Shown: in pieces, positions 31,165-43,830 of the stretch | How positions within the stretch are numbered: the stretch's first letter is position 1 | How the letters are laid out: each line of letters begins with the position of its first letter | Origin: Octopus vulgaris | Taxonomy: Eukaryota | Direction of reading: 5' to 3' | Assembly: GCA_951406725.2 (NCBI GenBank) | Contig: OX597823.1 | Span: 85,932,001 to 85,996,000, forward strand | Length of the DNA: 64,000 nt | Notes under the pieces: model-generated | Databases searched by the model: none | The model's input: only the letters and a program-made list of their open reading frames with translations | Told to the model about the DNA's origin: nothing | Program-made: the position numbers and the translations under genes

Positions 31165-31360
31165 TATGCTCATATACCTACATATACACACACGCGTGTA
31201 TATATATATTCTTTTATTCTTGTACCTGTTTCAGCCAGGCGGCTGTGGTCATGCTGGAGCACCATCATGTGTGTGTGTGTGTGTGTGTGTGTATACATAT
31301 ATATTTGTATTAATATATATGTATAATGTGTGTGCTTGTGTTTGTATGTCTGAGAGGGGT

Positions 31361-31413
<53 letters not shown>

Positions 31414-31443
31414 TTTTTGTTTGTTTGTTTGTTTGTTTGTTTG

Positions 31444-31497
<54 letters not shown>

Positions 31498-31721
31498 ACA
31501 CTGTTTAAAGGGTGAAATAATTAAATAAATACATTCAGAATTTGTTTATATCAATTTACCATTATTTATTCCAGTTCACTTCCTCCACCTTCTGATATTA
31601 TTCCTACCTCGTCCTTATGTGTATGTATATGTGCATGCAATCGTGCATGTGTACGTAAGTATACATGTGTGTATGTATTAAACGTATAGATAGATAGAAA
31701 GATAGATAGATAGATACATAA

Positions 31722-31760
<39 letters not shown>

Positions 31761-31791
31761 CATACATAAATAGATAGATAGATAGATAGAT

Positions 31792-31905
<114 letters not shown>

Positions 31906-31975
31906 CTGACAGACAAAAACTTCCAGGAACCAACAGTAGAGAACGAAATCGATGCATAAGAATCTTTCATTTATC

Positions 31976-32154
31976 CATTTACTTGTTTCATTCAGTTGAC
32001 TGCGGCCATGCTGGAGCCCCGCCAGGACTTATTCTTTATAAGCCTAGTACTGATGCTATCGGTTTCTTTTGCATAACCGCTAAGTTGCGGGAAAGTAAAC
32101 ACACCAACATCGGTTGTCAAGCGATGGTGGGGGGACAAGCACAGAGACACACAT

Positions 32155-32206
<52 letters not shown>

Positions 32207-32613
32207 AATATTAGGGAATAAATCCAAATTTACAGGGGAAAAAAATCAGATTTAGGATTAAATCCAATTTATAGTAAAATATTATATAATATTATTAGAG
32301 ACAAAACCACTATTTTGCAAAACAAACAAGGAAAGACTTAATCAATACATAAAATTTTAATAAAAAGTCAAAAAAAGTCAAAAAAATAATATTATATATA
32401 TATATATAGTTGGAATTTACAGAAAAACAAAAAACAAAGACAGGTGTATGTATATATATATATATATATACATACATATAGACAACGGGTTTTTTTCAGT
32501 TTCCGTCTACCAAATCCTCTCACAAGACTTTGGTCGGCTCAAGGCTAGTGTAGAAGACACTTGCCCGAGGTGTTATGCAGTGGAACTGAACCCGGAACCA
32601 TGTGGTTGGGAAG
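31976..32613 (-). mobile_element. SINE family A, split by an AT-rich insert in its internal microsatellite
   Basis: 3' half at 31976-32150 and 5' half at 32480-32613, with an unrelated AT-rich segment (32203-32450) between (TA)n runs. Confidence 0.8.
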
Positions 32614-33134
32614 GATCTATATTTATTAATCGGCTGTGAAATTCGTTCATTTCACTTATCAACAAACACATGCACATGTTTATATGCATGTATATATGTA
32701 TGTATGTATATATGTATGTGTGTATGTATGTATGTATGTATGAATGTATATATGTATGTATGTATGTGTGTGTGTATGTATGTATGAATGTATATATGTA
32801 TGTATGTATGTGTGTGTATGTATGTATGTATGTACGTACGTACGTACGTACGTACGTATGTATGTATGTATGTATGTATGTATGTATGTATGTATGTATG
32901 TATGTATGTATGTATGTATACATATACATATTCTTGTTGATGTTCCTAAATATGGTCTTTCAACTTTCTCATCTCCTACCCACCTTTTCACTCCTATTCT
33001 ATTTCTTCTACATTCACTCAAATACATTTTGATTTTGTTTTCTTGGGCCCCAGAATTCCAAATGCTGGTTACCCAGTCTCCCGGTTAACATGGCGTTTAT
33101 GTAACTGAAATCCCAACAAGCCACTCATAACGGG

Positions 33135-33358
33135 ACGCCAGTCAGATACAAGAATCAAAACCCACAAATTTAGAGGTGGGAAGGGGACAAATCGATTACA
33201 TCAACCTCAGTACTTGATTGATACTCTACTTTATCCACACAGAAATGATCGCAGGCAAAGTTGACCTCGGCGGGATTTGAACTCAGAACTTAAAGAGCAG
33301 GAGGAAGTGCTGATACGCATTTTGGCCGCCATGTTAGCGATTTCGCCAGTTCGCCACC
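33135..33358 (-). mobile_element. SINE family B (tRNA head plus Meta-domain-like core)
   Basis: GGCAAAGTTGACCTCGGCGGGATTTGAACTCAGAAC...TTAGCGATTTCGCCAGTTCGCCACC is homologous to 60735-60955. Confidence 0.75.
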
Positions 33359-33489
33359 ATGATACATATGTACCCTTATACAAATAATTACACTTATTCC
33401 TATATATTTTCGATTTCTTTTTCTCATTGTTGTAGATTTCTCTGGGTGAATGTTAAGTGTTTTAATGCCTCAAGATGAACAGATTTTAG

Positions 33490-33620
33490 CATCTATGTGG
33501 GGGTTAAGCAGCCCACGTCTCATCCACGTGCTTCAGGATTCGATCCCACGATGCAACTCGGATTGCTCTGTATATTTTGGGTCGGATCTGGCAGGTGGAA
33601 ACTATGTAAAAGCCTGCCGT
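33490..33620 (+). mobile_element. SINE family A-related 5' half, degenerate
   Basis: GGATTCGATCCCAC (B box) and GGATCTGGCAGGTGGAAACTATGTAAAAGCCTGCCG. Confidence 0.5.
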
Positions 33621-33661
33621 GTGTGTGTGTATGTATGTGTATATATACATACATAGATACT

Positions 33662-33709
<48 letters not shown>

Positions 33710-33780
33710 AGCATATGTAGTTATATATGTATATACATACAGAAGTATAATATATATATATATAAAGTTAATCCAAACAA

Positions 33781-33817
<37 letters not shown>

Positions 33818-33891
33818 GTATATATATTATATATATATATATACATAGTATATATATTATATATATATATATACATAGTATATATATATAC

Positions 33892-33927
<36 letters not shown>

Positions 33928-33987
33928 CGTATATGTGTATATACACACATAGTATATGTATTATACATATATATATGTAAATATATA

Positions 33988-34039
<52 letters not shown>

Positions 34040-34347
34040 TATATATGTGTGTAATATTTCATATAAGTATATGACATCGTTATATGTAGTTTTTATTTGT
34101 GTGTGGAATGTGTACAAATATTTGGATGTGCTCGTGTGTATGTGTATTTTCGTTTAGTTTCTTTAGATTGGCATCGCCGCATTTTGTAGGGATCTTGTTT
34201 ACGTTGCATTCGTATGTGTCCATCCGCAGACGTAGCGGGTCGACAAAGAGAGTCAGATGAAATCCAGACCAAACTTGAAATACGTTTGTAAGAAACCTTC
34301 GAAGACCATTGTCCAGTAACTAAACTCATTAAAAGAACACACACACA

Positions 34348-34425
<78 letters not shown>

Positions 34426-35249
34426 CATACACGTGTGATCCTACGCTTTATTTCAATTCATATTCAATTAATAAACAGCTTTCTGTCTATCGTTTTCTTT
34501 TTTTTATGCTCTCTCTCCTTTTTTTTTTTCCTTCCATTCTTCTTTCTATCTATCTATCTCGCTCCTGATACACAAATATACACACGCACATACGTGTGTA
34601 TACCTTTCCTTTTTACGCATAAAGCCTTCAAAACACTCGCACACAAATACCAACAAACACACAGAGAATCACACACACGCATTCATTCTGTTTTTGTGTG
34701 TATTTTAATAATAACTTAACTCCTTTTAACTCCTCCTCTTCATCGCCAACTCCCCCCTCTCCTTTTCTTTTTCCCCTCCCCCCGTCTTCTTTTGTTCAAC
34801 CTCCTACTTCACCTCACACTCCTTCTGTAATTGCCTACCTACTTATTCTTTTCATTCTTGTTCGCTTTTATTATCTTTCTCTAAGCATACTATATAGTAC
34901 AAACTGCTACCACACAAGTTCGTACACACAGATACACTCACCATATACATCTGTATATGCACATACACATACGGAGAAAACTATACATGTATTCCCTTCC
35001 ATTATTATCAAATTCTCTCCCTTTCTCTTCCTTTAGTTCTCATTCTCTCCCCGCCACTCATTTTCTATTTCAATACCTATTATCATTCTTTCATTCTCTG
35101 TGTGTGTGTGTCTCTCTCTCTCTTTCTCTCTCTCTCTCCCTCCCTCCTCCTCTCACTTTCCTTAATATTTTCGCAAGTAGGAGCGGGAGGAGCAAGCAAA
35201 CAAAAGCAACCCCCACCAAAAAATAGGAAGGGGGGTAGAAGGAGTAGGA

Positions 35250-35500
35250 GTAGCGAGTAAACAAAAGTGGTAAAACGAGGAGGGGGAGGAGGAGGAAGAA
35301 TAGCGACAAAGGGAGTGGGAGTAAGAGGAGAAGCTCTATTTTTGTTTAATATTTGTCATTCTATTGTTGGCGTTGTTGTTTTATCAAATACCGCCTCTCA
35401 TTGTTCGAACGCTTTTCGCCAGCCAGACGCACTGTTGTACCGTAGCTTGGTTTGTATTATAAAAGCGCCCTCCCTCTTATCTCTTTCTTTCTATCTATCT
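35250..35500 (+). promoter_or_regulatory. Candidate SoxB2 core promoter (TATA box plus clustered Sox-type sites)
   Basis: TATAAAAG at 35458-35465, Sox consensus CATTGTT at 35399-35405 and TATTGTT at 35362-35368. A GA-rich tract lies upstream and a CT-rich tract downstream. The block sits about 2.3 kb upstream of the ATG in a repeat-poor zone. Confidence 0.45.
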
Positions 35501-37812
35501 ATTTAATCCCCATCTATCGATCAATCTATTTATCTACCTCACTCTTACTTTCTCCCTTCTATCTTTGAATTCAAACTCATTCACACACAAGCCTCGATTC
35601 ATTGCTGTTGTCGTTGTCAAGAAAAGCGCAGGCCCGGATTTAACAACTAAACTAAAACTCGACTTGCTCACTGACAAAAACTCCCCAGACACCAAGGGAG
35701 ACAGACACATACTCGGTACAAGAGAGAATACACTCCACCTACTTCTCACTTCTTTTCTCTTTCTTCTTTTTCTCGTTAAACCAAGCTATCTTTTAGTCAG
35801 TGCTTGTCCGTCACTCAGGCAGTCAGTCAGACAAAACAAGACGATTATACAGATCGAAGGCAAACTTTTTTTTATATATATATTTTTCAAACTGCAGTTT
35901 ATAAACTAACTGGACTTGCTGCGACCACCCTATAAGGGACCTTCTCATATTATATATATTATATATGTATATATAATATGTACCGTTCTTCATCGCTTTT
36001 GTATTTGTTACAATAATTCTCCGAGTGATATTTGGGGAAAATCGAAAAGAAAGAAGAGAGAAAGAGGAGAAAATTTATACAACAGACGAACAATTACTGT
36101 ATTGTGTAAAAAACAAAAACAATTCTTTATATTTTCTTTCCGGATTCAGTTTTGTTTTTGCCATTTCAAGACAATCACCTGGAAATAATAATGAACCGCT
36201 CAGCCCATAGGAAGCATTAACTCGACCAATAATTGTATACACATGTGAGTGTGTGTGCGTGCGTGCTAACGTTTGAATGCTGAATACGAGGGTGAATACT
36301 ATTTGAAATCATATACGGTTTTCCACTTCGATATTTATTTAATCTGTGATTCTGTGCATTCACAGATATAAATATATGTTTATATATTGACTGTACCTTC
36401 ATGCCAACCAAGAAATGACGCACCAACAAAAAACGAAAATACAAAGTTAAATAATACGTCTATTGGACTCTAAAGATGGATCTTACCAAAGTGAAGAAAA
36501 TTTCACCGAACTGGATTCTTTAAAATTCTAAATCTAAAAAAAAAAAAAGCTAACAAAAAACGTCAGTTTTCCTTTCAAGTGGATCACTGAGATTCGAACT
36601 ACCAACCTTTTCTATTACCTGTCTTCCGACGGCGTATGACTCTAAGCACGCAAGTAAGAAATTGCTTAATTTCAAACGGTTATTTTACACCTGATGTCTT
36701 TTGAGTCAAGGATATATAATTTTACATATATAAATATTAACGGAGGTAATTGTGAATTTTTAAGCAGTTTAACTTTATTGTAAACAACCATCAAACAGGC
36801 TACACGAAAAAATTATAAAACAAAGAAATATATTTACTTACTTTCCACTTATTGGTGACAGCAAATACTATACATATATATATTTTATACATATAAAATT
36901 TATATATATATATATATATTGGCTTCTCAATCAAAGCACACAGTTATAGTAAATATATACATTTCATTATTTAGACCATTCATTTATACACTTTCAAAAA
37001 TAGTGTTGGATAAACAGACATATATTTATATATAGCAACTTAAACTTTCTACAATAAAACATCGAGCCTGAATACAAACAAAGCTGTAAAAAGACCTTAG
37101 GTCCCCGTAAAAAAAAATTATAAATTCGTATATATAATATATAAATAATATATTACCAAGAGGACGAATCGGAAGCCACGCACTAGTTGTTGCTATCAAT
37201 TACGGATAAACCCAATGTTTTCTATATAATGATATAGTTATAATAATAAGAATTACTCAGCACCTAGTCACATAGCTGCTGCTATTGCTGCTGCTGCTAC
37301 CTCTCCATTCAGTCCACTCCTCCTGAATATTTTCATTCTTTCTATATTTTTTCCTTCAACATATATTTCAGTGTCCGTGTGTTTCTTTCTGAGTACACAC
37401 GCCTTTACAAATATATTTATATACATACACATCGTGATTATAAATACCGAGAGGATTGTATATGCCCATTGCTATTGAGCATATAGATATAACAATCACA
37501 CCGCTTTGGTATGTATAGTCATTTTTGACTCATTGATTAGCCTATCTATTTCTATCTCTTTCTGTCTGTCACTTTTCTTGTCTTTCTCTTTCTCTCTCAG
37601 TTTTACTGAGTGAGATTTTGATTGCGTGACTTTCTAACTATTTAAATATTTATTTATTTAATCCATTTCCTTGTGAGAGCGTCTACCCCCAAACTTTCAC
37701 CGTGGCTAACTTACGACACGATCCGCACTACCTGGAGGTAGAAAGGTTGACTTCTCCAGATTTACATCATTCAACCATCACCACGGAGTTGTCAACACCC
37801 GATCACTTTAAC

Positions 37813-38514
37813 ATGTCTAAGCCGCAGGCTGAACATGTTAAGCGGCCCATGAATGCCTTCATGGTTTGGTCCAGGGGCCAACGTCGAAAAATGGCTCAAG
37901 AAAATCCGAAAATGCATAATTCTGAAATTAGCAAAAGACTCGGTGCTGAATGGAAGTTACTATCCGAAGAAGAGAAACGCCCTTTTATCGACGAAGCAAA
38001 ACGCTTAAGGGCCTTACACATGAAGGAACATCCAGATTACAAATACCGACCACGTAGGAAACCTAAATCTTTACTTAAAAAAGATAACAAATATGCTTTC
38101 CCAATTCCTGTCTTGCCAGGAATGAATACATTTGGGGCAGTGCCGTCATTTTCACCTGGTTCACAGGACTCGTTACTTGCATCGAATTTCGGGGAAAAGG
38201 CGCGCGCTTTCCTACCACCCACGTCCACGACACATGCACTTTATTCCCATCTGGCAGAAAATGCAAAAATGGACAGCCCTTTGAACATTAGACCTCACGA
38301 ACTCAATGGAGCAAGTGGTCTCTATTCCCCTTACATGACATCACACTCCTCCCTCGGTAGTCTTCCCCCGGCTGCACATACGCATTCTGGTCTCACCGGA
38401 CAATATTTGTTACCATGCTGCCCACCACCTTACATGCCATCTCAGGACTTACATAGACCAGTGGCGTATGTATTGGTCAAGCCGGAAGACCACTATCGCC
38501 ACACAGTAATATAG
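37813..38514 (+). CDS. SoxB2: SoxB2 group (Sox14/Sox21-like) HMG-box transcription factor, uninterrupted CDS, 233 aa from first ATG
   Basis: The translation [85 protein letters not shown] is a canonical group B Sox HMG box starting almost at the N-terminus, as in Sox14/Sox21. It is followed by the B-homology motif [11 protein letters not shown] and the Sox14-like motifs [15 protein letters not shown] and RPVAYVL. ATG at 37813 (context TTTAACATGT), stop TAG ends at 38514. The ORF track starts it at an in-frame GTG at 37702. Confidence 0.96.
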   Translation: MSKPQAEHVKRPMNAFMVWSRGQRRKMAQENPKMHNSEISKRLGAEWKLLSEEEKRPFIDEAKRLRALHMKEHPDYKYRPRRKPKSLLKKDNKYAFPIPVLPGMNTFGAVPSFSPGSQDSLLASNFGEKARAFLPPTSTTHALYSHLAENAKMDSPLNIRPHELNGASGLYSPYMTSHSSLGSLPPAAHTHSGLTGQYLLPCCPPPYMPSQDLHRPVAYVLVKPEDHYRHTVI

Positions 38515-39561
38515 AAATATTTTAATGGATGGATTATTATTATTATAAAGTAATTTCTCTATATATAAAAAGAAAAAAAATCTATGTATAATTTTGTTTT
38601 CATTATTTTTATTATCATTAATATTATCAATGCATATGTAAGAAATGATTATTAATACTTATTAATTAATTAATTATTATTATTGAAAGATAATGAGACA
38701 TTTATGTCAAACAACAGAACTTGATTTAAAGGTTTCTCTTTCAGCTTGAGAAAGTGAACGCAAAACAAACAGTAACATTGAAAAAAAAATTATATATATA
38801 TATATGTGTGTATATATGTATATATATATATATGTGTATATATATATATATATAATGAAAATGAAGAATATTTGTTGCTTTGTAAATTAACAAGCAACTC
38901 TAAATGCAAAACACCATTTCTTTATTTTTTATTTTATTTATTTCTCTTCCCTATCCCAGCTCAAATCAATCAACTTCTGCTCAGTTTCCCGCTGAGTTAA
39001 CAAAAATGTCCCTTTTTTCTTTTCTTCATAAAATTGAATGAAAGAAGAAAAAAATATTTGAAAAAGAAAAAAATTAGCTTTTGTTTATTCATTTCATAAT
39101 TGCTGTTGTTTAATATATATTGTCTTTATATATTTTTCATTTTTCCTTAATATATTATTGTTGTTTTTTAAGAAGCTACAAGATATAAAGTGATGTATTG
39201 ATTTCTTCCATAGGCACCAAATCAATTTGTTTAAACAGGCGTAGGTCGACCGGAGCAAAATTATATTTTATCGTCACCTAAGTGAGATGAAAGTCAACCA
39301 CTCTCTGGGTTTGAACTTTTGAACCGAGTCGACTGAAATTTGAATTACAAAAACAAAAAAATCCTCTAGCTGGTAGGGATTGTCAAAACGGTGGTACGGT
39401 TGGTTAAATATGAATAATAGAACTTAAAATTTGTTTGTAAAGCTTCTGTGTTCAAGCCTCAGGTGGTCAACTTTATTAACATTTTTATTCCAGCAAGGGG
39501 AAATGTTGCAACGAAAAAGAACACACACTCCCACTATACATACATATATATATATATATAT

Positions 39562-39800
39562 TGTTGTGTTTGGGGAGAGTCATTTTCTTTTTGTGTCTTA
39601 CAATTTAACACACTCACCGGTTAAATTTCCACTTATTTCTTAATTTATTTTTATAAGAAATAAGTGGAAATTTTACCGTTGAGTGTGTTACATAATAAGG
39701 CACAAAAAGAAAAGGACTCCCTCCGGACACAACAGAATATGCTTCAACAAACGAACTCACATAAAGAATCTTGCAAACCAAATCCAAAAACGGAATGTAT
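39562..39800. mobile_element. Fold-back element (arms about 80 bp), same family as 24761-24925
   Basis: 39562-39642 is an imperfect reverse complement of 39654-39734; the right arm continues to about 39800. Confidence 0.8.
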
Positions 39801-39948
39801 ATATATAAAATTCAACTTACGTTGAAAGTCAACAAAGCTTGCTTTAGAAACTTTGAGATGTATTCAGATTATTTTATTCCCAATCTGTATATGTATATAT
39901 ACACACACACACACACATGTTGTTAGCTATATGCACCTTTCACTTGAA

Positions 39949-39954
39949 AATAAA
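39949..39954 (+). other. First canonical polyadenylation signal (AATAAA) downstream of the SoxB2 stop codon
   Basis: A manual scan of 38515-39948 found no AATAAA; the first occurrence is here. Usage is not demonstrated. Confidence 0.35.
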
Positions 39955-40866
39955 ACAAATGGTTTTGTCGGAAATTATTTTAAAACGTGAAGTATCGTTG
40001 ATATTAATTATACACGAGTCTAAGCAATATTAGAATCATGTGACACTAGCACATGTTGGTATGCAATTAAAGGGTACTAATTAATTTTACAATAGGATTG
40101 ATCACTGCTATTGTTGAATTTCAAGGTAGTATCAATGGTGGAGAGGGTGTAATCGATGGAATCGGCCCGGTTACTTTTGTTTTGTTAGCGATCCAGTGGA
40201 GTTTGAACTCACAGTATGGACTTATAAATTAATATTGATAAGAATTGGCAATGATTTCCTACATAAACACAAGGCCGAGAATTATCAAGGAGATATGTAT
40301 AGGTGGCTTAATTGGTTTTCTTATATATTTTGGGCGTTTATCTTAAGCGATATTCGATGGGGAGGAAAAAAGCAAAAAATTAAAATTATAGTAATCAAAG
40401 AAACGCGTGTCACAAATTAATTTGTTTCTTAAAAAATAAAATGTATATAAATGCATGGCTTTTTGTGTGTGTGTTTGCACATACGGAGGGACTTTCACAG
40501 CTATTTTACGACGTGAAATGGGATTGTTTTCGGATCCCAGCTGAGAGCGGGAAGGGGGGAGGGCTTTCTCACATCAAAAATTCATCCCCTCCCCCTTGAT
40601 CCCCAAGCATTGGTCCGGGTCACGGATTGATGCATTGTATGAAACCCCATCCCACTTGCATACGGCCCTATGTACGTGTCTGTACAGGCAAACATGCATG
40701 CGACAACTTTCAATTCAAAGCTACCCCGTTTCGGGAGATGTATTTTTTGCTGAAGGTATACCTTATACAGCATGGTTTTTAGCTATCCATGACATGTAAA
40801 ATTGAATACACCAAACAAATATAAACGTTTGACTTGCTAGTCTCATTCACTACTATCGTGATAACC

Positions 40867-41095
40867 AATGTTCTTCAATAATTTTTTCCCTAGGGACCCT
40901 TTAGCTATTCGATGTTAAAGCGAATTCCTATTTTATTCATATGACCCCTCTTAGCCATTCTTAGGAATTTTATAAAAATGTAATCAAAATATTTTATGTA
41001 TTGTAGAAGTATAATTTATTACAGATAAATCTTAACTAAATTTTATATGAGCCTCACCCCAAATGTCATATGGGGCCCGATGGAGAATCATTACA
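40867..41095. mobile_element. Possible decayed hAT-type MITE
   Basis: Ends resemble degenerate CAGTGGTTCTCAA / TTGAGAACCACTG TIRs (CAATGTTCTTCAA ... TGGAGAATCATT), with internal G(G/T)GACCC motifs. Confidence 0.3.
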
Positions 41096-42548
41096 CTAAA
41101 TTAAGAGACACTCGAAGGGGTCGTACGAATTGCTAGTAATTTCAGTGACATTCCCTCATACCGGAGTCTACCGTCTTTTCAAATAGAATGGAAAAAATGG
41201 ATGGTTAACATTAAACGTACATGAGGGTTATGAACGAGTCACCTTTGATCAAACGTCAGAGCTATCTTGGGGGTCAAAGAACACTAAAAATAATTGATTA
41301 ATAGGCAAAATCACATCTTGGCATATAGGTACAGTTTGTTAAATCAGCGCTAAAATTTGACAAGTATTTATAAATTCAACCTTCAGATAGATGGATGGCA
41401 AAATCGTTGGAGCTGAATGAAGTTTACAAGCTAAGAAACAAAGATACAACAAAAAAAAAAAGGAAAAAAAATCAATCCGCATCCGATGCATTTTCTTCAG
41501 TTGAGGAGTGACATTTGTGTCTCCACAGCGCTACTAATGTGGAGCTAATAATATTTAACCAAAAGGGTACATCTAAAATAATAGAAGAATGAGAACTGAA
41601 GTGAAGAGATTAAATACAGAAGTATAACAGGCTTGAAGCGAATTACCTTGTATGACTAAAGATGATACTGAGGGAATTTACTTATGACGAATTCAGAAGA
41701 GTTGTGCATACAAGGTTAATGAGGGTTCAATGTTGCATTAAGTCCTCTACACAGTTAAGTAAGATGTAAGTATATAATGCCGACAGATGTGTAAGTTTAT
41801 GTATCATACCTGTTATCTGTCTAGATGTGCTTGAACATAGGTGTATACATGTAGGCGTATATATTTGTACATTTATATGCTTATATATATATATATCGAT
41901 AACCAGAATTAACTACGGTATTAAATGGAGTCGTATGAAACGATCGTACTGCATTACCTCTGGATATCCTTGTTGCTTATTTTAATTTTAATCACTTTAC
42001 TTTTAAATTGTATGGATAATACCATACTTAATTCTGGTACCTCAACTTAAGTACTATATTCATCTGAATCTAAATTATATAGATTGATATATATATTTTT
42101 TTTTTCAAGCGTGACAAGATGTTTATACGTGATTTTACACGTACGGAAAATTACAGGTGTGTACACATGAATATATATATATTTTTCACATTAAATATGG
42201 ATACATACTCAGATGCAAACATAAAAGAAAGCATATGCAACATGTTTGTGTGTATGTGTGTGTACAGCCACAAATGTATGTATATAAAGAAATAGCTGTA
42301 ACTTTATACTGAACTTAAAATATTTTTCAAATACTATATATCTATGGGTAATTTATAAAAATATATAATTTATACCAAGATGCAATTTTATATAAGGTAT
42401 CAGATATGATTGGGTCCTTAAGTAAACTGTTTCTTAACCACGTGGTTCCTTGTTTGTTTCATATAGATAAAGCTCACCTATAATGGATAGGTTTTACACA
42501 AGCGGGACGGTGCACATTTCTTTAAATCTCTCTTTATTTCTCTCTCTC

Positions 42549-42586
<38 letters not shown>

Positions 42587-42868
42587 GGAGGGATGTGTGA
42601 GAACTTTTTAACCTTGAAGTCTTGTACTTTCATCAGAAGATTTGTATATTTTGCTTGTTGAGGCTCAAGAATTTTCATACACACCTCGTGTATACATATA
42701 AAATGTGTGTGTACGTACACCTACAATGTAGTTCATCAAGCACCGATGTTAAATCAAAAATAGTAACCGAGGAAAGAGGTGAAATATAGAAATAATAGTG
42801 ATGAGCTATACGGTATCTGAAGAGGGCCACATGCATGTCCGAATGCTGATAATTAATTAACACTAGAA

Positions 42869-42910
<42 letters not shown>

Positions 42911-43493
42911 AAAAGAGCGTGTACATACTGGTATAATGAAATATATCAAAGCAGTAAACTTATGATAAAATCATATACATAAATATATAGGTTTGGTGAA
43001 GTAGACAGAAATAGAACTCAATACATGAGTGTATGTATGTATATATTTTATTTAAATTTAGCAGAAGCAACACAGTCACTCAAATGCCAAGAGCTTCGTG
43101 CATTGGATCTTACTAAACTTATATAAATATAATACTAAGTACATATATAGAGAGAGTGTGTGTGTGTGTGGTAATGGCGTATATATGAGATACATATACG
43201 GCACTTATGTATATATTATTTACGCAGTGTGATTCAAGTATATTAATTGAATGTATATACTTTTATGCATATATATGTATGTATATATATATGAATATAT
43301 GTATATATATATACATATGTATGTATATATATACATAACTATGTGTATATATATATACATATATATGTATATATATACATAACTATGTGTATATATATAT
43401 ATGTATATATATATACATAACTATGTGTATATATGTATATATATACATATGTATGTATATATATATATACAAATATATATATATATATACATA

Positions 43494-43591
<98 letters not shown>

Positions 43592-43692
43592 TATATATAT
43601 ACACATATATATATATATGTAGCCTTTCATATACATCGTTCACACATCTACAGATTAGAAAAATCTATAGGTATATGATATATACATATATG

Positions 43693-43733
<41 letters not shown>

Positions 43734-43793
43734 TTATTGAGTGTGCGTCTATATACAGAACAAACATATGTTAAAACTTATGTTTTATTACAT

Positions 43794-43830
<37 letters not shown>

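Noticed and set aside
38037-38266. Antisense ORFs overlapping SoxB2
   Set aside because: Short shadow ORFs of the real CDS with no recognisable motifs.
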